Assembly (NCBI GenBank): GCA_054661495.1
Contig: BAAFSQ010000244.1
Location: 1 to 14,909 of the forward strand
Length of the DNA: 14,909 nt
Direction: 5' to 3'
DNA from: Zygophlyctis sp. KS116
Taxonomy: Eukaryota; Fungi; Chytridiomycota
The notes below the pieces were generated by a model. It made no database searches and had not been told where the DNA came from. It saw only the letters and a program-made list of their open reading frames with translations. The position numbers and the translations under genes are program-made. Position 1 is the first letter of the stretch, and the number at the start of each line of letters is the position of its first letter. Positions 1 to 11,638 of the stretch are shown in pieces.

Positions 1-51
1 TTGCTTTTTGAAGGTAGATCCAATTTTACTCATGAGTTTTGATTCATGTCA

Positions 52-333
52 GTAGTATACGAAGAGCACCGAATGATTGAAAGAATCACGTCGTCTCTAT
101 TTGCGTGTTCTTAAATGGGGGAAAGTATCGGAATTTAAAATATTCAATCTATTGGAATCCACAATTGTTCCTACTTCAGTATGAGATACAACCATCTCCT
201 TCGATTTGTATACATCTAATCCGCATTCCCCAAAATACCCCTCTATTTCCGATTACCGTGCTTGTTAATCAAAGCGTCTTAAAACCTCGAAGTCAAACAC
301 AAACGGTATCATTCGGTGCTCTTCGTATACTAC
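52..333. mobile_element. Miniature inverted-repeat transposable element (non-autonomous DNA transposon), 26-bp perfect TIRs, 8-bp TSD TCATGTCA
   Basis: 52-77 GTAGTATACGAAGAGCACCGAATGAT is the exact reverse complement of 308-333. It is flanked by direct repeat TCATGTCA at 44-51 and 334-341 (alternative parse: 27-bp TIR with 6-bp TSD CATGTC). No transposase coding capacity inside. Confidence 0.85.
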
Positions 334-371
334 TCATGTCAGCTTAAATAATATCATATATAGACATCTTA

Positions 372-1797
372 TTAGTATTTCTCAAGGGCTGAGTCAGGAC
401 TATCGTCCCATCCACCCCATTCCTCATCGCTATTTGATCCTTTTTCTTTTGATTGAACTTCAGCTGGTTCAATTTCAAGAGGCTGCACACTATCTTTTCG
501 AACAATATCAAATGATCCTTCAGAATTTGGGGATGATTTACCATCTACTGATAATAATAAGGGCTTAATTTCTTTAACGGGTATCTTTCCAACTTTTGAT
601 TCATCAGTTGCGTCTAATTCTGTTTTTTGGTCATATTCTTGCAAATTAGATTCAGAAATAATTTCCTGATTTTCTGTTGGAATTTCTTCCACGGTTATCT
701 CAGTATTTTGACTTGTCTCGAGTTCTTTTTCGGCATGCGACTCTCCATCATCATCCTTTTGTTCAACTTCCTGATCAGCAGAATCTATTTCGGAATCAGC
801 CATTTTCGGGTCAACAACTGACTGTGGCTGCATTATTGTACTTTCAGAGACTTGAAGGGGTTCAGACTGGATTGAAATTTGTGTATTTTCTTGATTAGTT
901 TCAATCTTAAGATCTACATCTTTATTGGCCAAATTAGGAGCATCTTCCTTTAGCAAATCATCATCACTATCATCCCAAACTATATCATCTTTATTGTCTA
1001 AAGCCTCTACATTTCAGCGTTTATCATCAATTTACCTTTTAAAGCAATTGATCTAGCGTTTTCCTGATATTCCAATTCAGTAATCTTGAAAAAATAACGA
1101 CTCCAGAACGTTTCATCATCCAGTGGCTGTGGTACTTTGATTCAGTTTTATAATTATCATACCCATTTTTATAAAATAATCTTTAAGAATACTGAATTCT
1201 TCCAATAATTCAATTATGTCTTGTTGATGATCTTTAATAGAAAAAGATTGTAAGAAATTGTGATATCTTTTGACTACACCTTCATCCTCTACAAATGCAT
1301 AATCAGTTGCATACGTGTCAGGATCCTTTTGCATTTCCAAAAGTAGATTTGATCTTCGATCATTCACCAATGTAATTTCTGGTGAATCTGGTATTATCGT
1401 GATAGCTTTAGAGAGAAAGTTTCCTATTTTAGAGGTCATATTTGAGGCCAAAGAATCTATATAATCTTCAGTGTTTGCAGCCATTAAATCTAATTTTTCA
1501 ATTATAGAAACATCTTCTGCAGTATTCGATTTATCTTGGGCCTGATCTTCTTCCTGATCTTCTTCATCTTCCTGATCTTCTTCATCTTCTTCCTCTTCCT
1601 GATCGTCAACTTCATCTTCATCATTTGCTAGAGATTCCACCACCTTTGACGCCTGATCCGTCAGCTCCTTTACGCTTTCAACGATTGATCCCCCGAGAGC
1701 AGCACTTTCATTCTTTACCGAATCAACAATCTCAGAAGACTAATAATCACACAAATACTCTTACCTGTGCCTGGATCCAAGAGATCCAGTCTGACAT
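372..1797 (-). CDS. BSD domain-containing protein (Dos2/BSDC1-like), ~447 aa, 4 exons
   Basis: Start MSDWISWIQAQ at 1797. Introns 1764-1740 (25 nt), 1162-1135 (28), 1035-1007 (29). Splicing restores the BSD signature MVPQPLDDETFWSRYFFK, preceded by LLEMQKDPDTYATD, with an acidic tail ending DEEWGGWDD. Spliced length 1344 nt is divisible by 3. A possible extra in-frame upstream exon exists (ATG 1854, intron 1829-1803). Confidence 0.85.
1541..1625 (-). repeat. Low-complexity acidic coding repeat (EEDQED-type)
   Basis: Repeated CCTGATCTTCTTC units, including an 18-nt unit twice (1552-1587), encoding DEDEVDDQEEEEDEEDQEDEEDQEEDQ. Confidence 0.7.
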
Positions 1798-1896
1798 TTG
1801 GTCTAGGAATTTGACCGTTCAGAGCGTACTTGATCTATTCTTGGAATTTGTCATTGTATAATCAAATCAGTAAATTAAGATAATTTTCATATAATT

Positions 1897-2487
1897 CTAT
1901 TTTAAAGGAATTAAATGACATCCCAATACTCCCTTTCCACCCCAATTTCTAGGAGTCAATTTAGTAACAAATAAAACATCTCTTCTTTGCACTTTAACTA
2001 CAGTTTCTAATCCAATCCTTGCCTGCACTGCATTACCTAGTAAATCAAATGTTTGAGACGTAGATTTTAATTTTGTAGATAAATCACCAAAATTAACCAA
2101 TAAATCATCTCTTTCAAGTCCTGCAAGTGAAGCAGGAGAATCAGGAGCAACACCATCAATCTTTGCAAACGGTAAATCTTCAAAACTACTAAAACTTCCA
2201 GGTCCTTGCACTTTGGCTTGAGAATGAATTTGTATCAAACTCTTTTCAATTTCCTTTAGAATATCAGCATGATCATTTGATAAATGAATTATTTTTGATC
2301 GGGTATGTCTTACTGTATATACATCAATATCAGATCTAGGAAATCCTTGTAGATCAATCAAAGAGTTTGTCATATTTGTATTATTAGCAGTTAGAATAGC
2401 TTCTAGTCTTGAGATTTCCCTTTCCAATTCATCCTTTTTAGAGACTAAAGACTCATAATTCAAGAATTCTTGTTGTTTTCCAGTCAT
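1897..2487 (-). CDS. NAS2: 26S proteasome regulatory particle assembly chaperone Nas2/PSMD9 (p27), intronless
   Basis: N-terminal motif SLIDLQGFPRSDIDVYTVRHTR...LSNDH, PDZ-like PFAKIDGVAPDSPASLAGL, and C-terminal LTPRNWGGKGVLGCHLIPL typical of the family. Confidence 0.93.
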   Translation of the reverse strand: MTGKQQEFLNYESLVSKKDELEREISRLEAILTANNTNMTNSLIDLQGFPRSDIDVYTVRHTRSKIIHLSNDHADILKEIEKSLIQIHSQAKVQGPGSFSSFEDLPFAKIDGVAPDSPASLAGLERDDLLVNFGDLSTKLKSTSQTFDLLGNAVQARIGLETVVKVQRRDVLFVTKLTPRNWGGKGVLGCHLIPLK

Positions 2488-2502
2488 TAGTGAATTTTTT
2501 CT

Positions 2503-3388
2503 ATGCCAGTGACAGCTGTTGAGGAATGGTCCAAATTCTCTGATGGCAGAGAATATTATTCAAAGACTTGGCATCAAAAGGGAGCTTTAAAAGGAACAAT
2601 GTTGTTTATTCATGGGCTGGGAGAACATGTTAATCGTTATAATCATGTCTTTCCATATATTGCAGAGATTGGGATTAAAGTCTTGGCTTGGGATCAGAGA
2701 GGATTCGGTCAAACTGGAAGAAAGTCTGGGATTATAGGACATAATGGAGGTCAATCGAGAGTTTTATTGGATATTTCAGAAGTTGATGGAAGGATTAAAG
2801 TCGATGGAATTCCTCATTTTATAATGGGACATTCTATGGGAGGAGGATTGGCTCTAAAATATGCTTCTACTAATCCAAGTGGATTAAGCGGTTTAATTGC
2901 TTCTGCGCCAATGATTGAAGCTGGAAGTTTAACAAGACCAAGTTTACCAGAGTATTGGGGAGTTCGTATACTATCAAATGTTTTAAAAACGTTTGTGATG
3001 AATAATCCTGTAGATGCAAATCAGTTATCAAGAGATCCTGAAGTTGTGAAAGATTATTTTGACGATCCTTTAGTACATACTTTTGGGACATTTGAGACTT
3101 GTAATTTTATAATTTTTAATCTTAGTGGCTACAATTGTATTGATGGGAGAAGATTTAATGCAAGAGGATTATAAAGAGATTAAAGTTCCTATATTGTTTA
3201 CTCATGGGGATAAAGATACTCAAACTTGTCCTGAAGCATCAAGAAAGTTTGCAAATAAGATTCCTTCAAAGGATAAAACTTATTTGAGTTTTAATGGATG
3301 TTATCACGAATTACATAATGAACTTGCCGAAGATCGTGCCAAAGTCATTAAAAGTTATTGTGACTGGATAAAGTCGCAGATTTCGTAA
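2503..3388 (+). CDS. Monoglyceride lipase / lysophospholipase, alpha/beta hydrolase (Yju3/MGLL-like), ~286 aa, 2 exons
   Basis: Motifs HGLGEH, DQRGFG, GHSMGG nucleophile elbow, HGDKD, YHELHNE. One 25-nt intron 3101-3125 (GTAATT...CTTAG) joins ORFs 2503 and 3125 in frame (FETLATIV). Confidence 0.92.
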
Positions 3389-3400
3389 TAAATACCATTT

Positions 3401-6400
3401 ATGAAACTTTCTATTGATTTGAATGGTTTGCTTACCATATTTAATTCTAGTACTAATAGTTTTTAGAGCGGCATTAGTATCGGCTGCATTGACGAAATCG
3501 TCCAGTTCTAGTGCTGATCGCGTGAAATTGTTAAAGGCCTTGCAGAAACAAGGGACTCATGATATTGTTGAAACTTGCTTTCGGTTTTTAGATGAATTGA
3601 CAGATGTTGGTATTTTGCATTGGAGTGAAATCTTGAAAGTTATTAATCAGGTACTCGTGCCTTATTAAAATAAGTCTTTACCAGAATCTCTCGGAAAGGA
3701 AGAATTGAATACGGTTAATGATGCTAATAATGCATTATTGATTAATAACAATTCTAAAACAAAATTAGTTAAAAATCACTCTTTGCAATCTTCATCAAGT
3801 ACATTAATCTCTGCGCCTTTACTCTCTTATGGTAGTTTAGTAGGAGACTGTCTACAGAATGATAATTCTTGTAATTTGTTAGTATCAGAGTCAATTGCGT
3901 CTATTGATTGTTCGATTCATGGTCTAAATAGGTCTCTGATAAGTCAAAAGCCTGAAATTTCAATGTGCCCAATACATTATTCATATCAGGATGTACATGG
4001 ACAGGATAGTTTAATATTTGAAGAAATTGAATCTCTTGAAGGATTGGACTTTAAAAATCAAAAACAACATCATGATGATACATCAATTCTAAATTGTAAA
4101 AATCAAGAATGGGAAGAGAAATATACACATCTGGCATGTAATTTTAGTGATTATCACACAATTTATCAAATGCTTGCTTTTTGGAGAGTTAAGTTAAATG
4201 CGAATATACTGTATTCGCTGGTGATGAAGAGGGAATATTTCAAGACATTAAGGAGATTTAGTACTTTTAGACCAATAGTTTGCAAGGTATTGACTTTAAG
4301 GATTGTGCGCTGGTGGAATATTTGGAGAAAAAACTTGACAGAAACTCATGTATCTCATAATTATTTAAAAATAGGCAACTAGAACACTTGAAATAGCTAA
4401 AGATTTTTTACATCTTTTAAGACAAAATACGAAGAACGTCGTGATAAATTCAAATCATTTTAATTCATTAAAAACAAAAAGTAAATATTTACAGATATGG
4501 AATGCTGCATATTTTTCTCGGCAAGAGTCTGGAACGAGAATGGGCAAGCTAAATAATTTTGCCAAAGTTTTAAAGGCAAAGTTTTTTCAAGTAAATATCG
4601 ATTGATTAATTTTGAAGCAATGGAAATCATCTCATAGATTGTTATGTAAGGGGAATTATAGTTATCAAAAATTTGCAACTAAGAATGCCTTTTTGAAATT
4701 AAAAAGAATCATTCATCAGAGTATATTTCATAATTTTATAGATAGGAAAACTTTTCAAAACTTTTTGGAACAAATCTCGACTTAAATACAAGACACTTTG
4801 TTTCTTTAAATTAAAGAATAGGTACCTTTGATTTTTATTATTTACTAATAGATATTTTAATAGAATGAATCATATTAGGCAAATGGATTTTTCTCGAGAA
4901 TATTATTTGAAAAAAATTCTTCATTGGTATTTGAATCAGTGGGCTTTGAATGCACAAGAAAAATCAAAAATTGTTTTATTTCATCAATCAAGGTTTTTAT
5001 CGAAATGGCTCAGAAAGAGAGATGAATATTTGAAATTAAGAAGTTTACATTTTCAGCTAGATTCTTTTAAAGCAGACAAAATTCGCCAAACGCTTACAAT
5101 ATGCTTTATTTCTTGGAGGGGAAAGGCAGGTAGTTTCTTCGCTCAAGGGGTACTAAGGAGAAAGAAAGACATCGCTTTAATATTTAAAATATGGCACAAT
5201 ATGACATTGAAAATAGCGGTGTGATTATTAATAGATATTAATTGAAAGAATGATGGTGCGATTGCTCTTAAAATACGGGACTTCAAATCATTAAAATATT
5301 CATTCGGTTTTTGGAAATGCTGTTCTCTCTGGGATTTGTCAAATATTTGTTCAACCTACAAGATGAAAAGTATCGAAAGAAAGATATGTCATGCCTTCAA
5401 AAAATGGAGTGATGAATTTCAAACACATCGAGTATGATATTTTAGAATAATTTTTTTGCAGAAGGCCATTAATACTTGCCAAAACATATTTGAATTTAAA
5501 AATATTAAAAGCAATTTCTCCCTTTGGAGAAGAAAACAGTCTGATAGTATTTTTAAAGATCATCACTACGCATCCTTATGGAATCAAAAATTCATTTCAT
5601 TCAGTATCGGCAAATGGAAAACTATCTATTCCAAAATAAGAGTAATTCTACAACTCTTATTCATAATAGAGTTTGAATGATCTGTTAGCTTTTTTTAGAA
5701 TTAAGAAGCAAAAAGAGTATTTGGATATTTGGCATCAGAACAGAAATCTGCGATTGTTATTACTTAAAGCAAACGCTTATTCAGTTCGAAATTTCTTCCA
5801 AGCTTGGAAATTGGATCTGGTAAATCGACTGCGTGTTGATTTCCAAAGGTATATATTTCGTAGATGGTGGAATTTTTTGGAAAAGAATCGTGAAAAAAAA
5901 TCTGCAATCAAAGCTGATCTACATCTACAAAAATGCAAGAAAGTGCAGCAGCATCTCATCTTTCGTCAATGGCATTTATTTTTCGACAAACGTAAAACGC
6001 TTTCCAGAAGCCTTGATCATATTCTTAAAGTTATAAATCATAATAATCTAAAAGGAAGATTATTATCTTGGATTGATAAGCATCAGAATATCGGAAAAAT
6101 GCTGAATGTAGCCAACATTTCTTCGAGAATCGGCGTATTCAGAGGAAGCTTTTCGTTTTGGAGGAGGGTGTTGACTCAAATTAGAAATCAAAAGTATTAC
6201 CTTGATTTCAATCAAAAATCTTCGGAAAGTAAGGGTTTATATCTTATATTGTAGGATCAGTTTCTAGATTATTTTGCACTTGGCGAACAAAATTTAAAAA
6301 ACAAAGAAATGCTAACAACACACTACTGACAGAATGTCATACAAAAAAGGCAGCTATAGTTTTCAAAATCTGGAAAATGGCGATAAGATATCGGCGAATG

Positions 6401-7904
6401 AGGATAATTGTACGTACCTAATTTGAACTAAAAAATAGAAAAGAATTATTGAGTTTAAGAGAAACTCGAAGCGGAAGAAAATTGTAACAAAACATTGGTA
6501 TACGTGCTTCCAGGTATATATCTCAATTTTTTTTTACTAATTAGCGTTCGAAAGCTAAATACTTAGCTAATCAAATGACTTTGGGAAAATACTATGGCCT
6601 GTTGAAGGCAGCATACCAAGAAAATATGATAGTACGATATTCTCGAAAACGTCTAGTCTTGTCCAGATTTTATCGATCTTGGCGAACATTATCGTCCAAA
6701 AGAAATGAGATTATTGAAAATCAAATAATGATGGAATGTGCTTTGCAAATCTTAAGAAAATGGAACGATTTTTCTGCCAATTCGACTGCTACCATGATTA
6801 AAGCATCTAATTAGTTTTCATTGGGCACTAAAATGAAATTTATTTCTGTTTGGAGATCTGCATTTCGGACTGTGTTAACTAGCACTGATCGCTGCAGACT
6901 TTTATTACACGATAAAGAGGGAAAATTAATATCATATTATTTGAATGAGTGGAGGTTAGTGGGGAATCATATTCAGAGATGTAAAGAAATAACTACGAAA
7001 TCGCTAAGGATGAAATCAATCAAATGTATCGCTTCATGGAGACATCAGTCTAACAAATGGAAAGCCGACTACAATATCGCAATGAATTATTACCTTTTCA
7101 AACTCAAGAAGAATTGTCTTGTTGAATTTCTGGAAAATTATTCATCACGACTAGATAATAGGAGAGCTCAACATTTCGTCCAGAATCGAATTCAAAAAAG
7201 GACATTTATGGCATTTACCGAGCTGTTTAATCAAATGAAAGATTTGAAATCTCTAAGTACTGCGCACTTTCAGTCAAAGAGATTGGGCTTTTTGTGGGGC
7301 TTATGGAAAAAACAGAAATCAATTAAGCATTCTTCAAATCTTGCCGATAAAACTTTTTGTTTGAGTACTCTAGCAGTGTCATTTACAATATGGAAAAAGA
7401 ATCTGCATTGTAAACTATATGAATTTAAAATAGTTGCAAATGTTGGCAAAAGGATACATTTTTCCAGTAATCATTTAGTAGACTTATTTATAGAATGGAA
7501 GAGGCTCGCGCTAGATTCTCAAAAAATAAGAAAACATTTCATGGAGAAGAAGATTCTAAATCTAAAAAGAAGTTTCGAGTATTGGAGGCAGTATTCCAGA
7601 AATCCGCTTAGTAAACTTGGACGCGAATTAGGATCATGGACAAAATGGAAAAAAAATATCCAATTCAAATTATCTAATCAATCTTTGTATAATTTTAGGC
7701 TGGTTCAATGCAAGCATTATTTTTCAATCTGGAGAAATAATTTTCAGAATTGCAATTTCCAAAGACAGCGACAAAAGGTAATTATTGTAAATTTGAAATC
7801 AGATTATGCTTCAAACTTGGTATGATTCTCGAAAAAAGACATTGATGTTCCAAAAGTGGAAGTTGATCTGCGACTCGAAATTGCGGAAATTTTTAGCTGA
7901 TTAG
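3401..7904 (+). CDS. Sfi1-like centrin-binding repeat protein (centriole/spindle pole body), ~1380 aa, at least 14 exons, one unresolved in-frame TAG at 6812-6814
   Basis: Long basic helical protein with recurring F/LxxW(K/R) motifs about 22-33 aa apart. Introns 3426-3450 (or -3459), 3651-3674, 4350-4374, 4591-4617, 4721-4745, 4822-4851, 5219-5248, 5432-5461, 5642-5669, 6229-6254, 6410-6438, 6514-6544, 7778-7802 connect all ORF fragments in frame. Start codon uncertain (3401 vs 3423). Confidence 0.75.
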
Positions 7905-7911
7905 AAAACCA

Positions 7912-8628
7912 ATGTACAGCAATCATACGGCTCCCATACTTCCAATAGAAATGCTATGGTCGATAATGAAATGGTGCGATTTTCAAACATCAATGAACAT
8001 TGCAATTATGTTTGATTTTGATGCCCAAATTGCTTACAAATACCACTTTTATTCACCAGTTATCGGATCTAATTTTGAAATATTTGAGCATCTAAAGTCC
8101 CTTTGTGTTAACTGTTTAAATTTCGAATTTCTGATGATGAATGACCAATTTATTCGACATTATTCATATAATCAACGATTAATCTTTGCAGCTGGAATTG
8201 GGGATATCAGATCTATCATTAAATATATTGAATTAGGAGATCCTTCAGTGGATAATAATCTTGCAGTCCGGTTAGCATCGTCTCATGGTCATACTAAAAT
8301 TGTTGAAATTCTTGTACTTGATCAGAGAGTAGATCCATCCGATCATGAAAACTACTCACTTAAATCTGCATCGCAAGGAGGATTCAAAGAAATAGTAGAA
8401 ATTTTATTAAATGATGCAAGAGTTGATCCTTCTGCTTCTGATAACTTTTCTATTGGAGTAGCTTCGATTTTAGGACATGTAGAAATAGTACAAGTCTTAT
8501 TAAAGCATGATCGATTGCAGTTACCAAATGAATTTTGGGCCTTACGATATGCTTTTATGAAGGGAAATATGGTTATTGTTGATTTACTCTGTACACATCT
8601 TGGTCTAGATATTAATTTATGGAAATAA
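7912..8628 (+). CDS. Ankyrin-repeat protein with putative N-terminal F-box-like motif, intronless
   Basis: LPIEMLWSIMKWCDF resembles an F-box start. About 4-5 ankyrin repeats of the DPSxxxNxxxxxASxxGHxxIVxILLxDxRV type. Confidence 0.85.
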   Translation: MYSNHTAPILPIEMLWSIMKWCDFQTSMNIAIMFDFDAQIAYKYHFYSPVIGSNFEIFEHLKSLCVNCLNFEFLMMNDQFIRHYSYNQRLIFAAGIGDIRSIIKYIELGDPSVDNNLAVRLASSHGHTKIVEILVLDQRVDPSDHENYSLKSASQGGFKEIVEILLNDARVDPSASDNFSIGVASILGHVEIVQVLLKHDRLQLPNEFWALRYAFMKGNMVIVDLLCTHLGLDINLWK

Positions 8629-8721
8629 AGTATTATATGCATGCAGATTAGTGGGCGATTGTAGATTCAGACAAGTCCGATGCGCCGATTCCTTTTTAAT
8701 ATTAAAATCGGAATTCCATAA

Positions 8722-11604
<2,883 letters not shown>

Positions 11605-11638
11605 ATCTTGTGAAACCCTGTGCTTTTTTGACGTTTTC

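Noticed and set aside
1-42. Possible gene fragment at the window edge (plus-strand LLFEGRSNFTHEF* or minus-strand MSKIGSTFKKQ from ATG 33)
   Set aside because: Too short. Both readings are open and cannot be distinguished without flanking sequence.
105-347. 80-aa ORF inside the MITE
   Set aside because: GTG start, no transposase or other motifs, and it runs through the TIR. Likely spurious.
6812-6814. Genome-wide TAG/TAA reassignment (aphelid- or ciliate-like code)
   Set aside because: NAS2 ends with TAG right after its conserved C-terminus, TAA ends lipase and MCM6 at expected positions, and no other exonic in-frame stops occur in the conserved genes.
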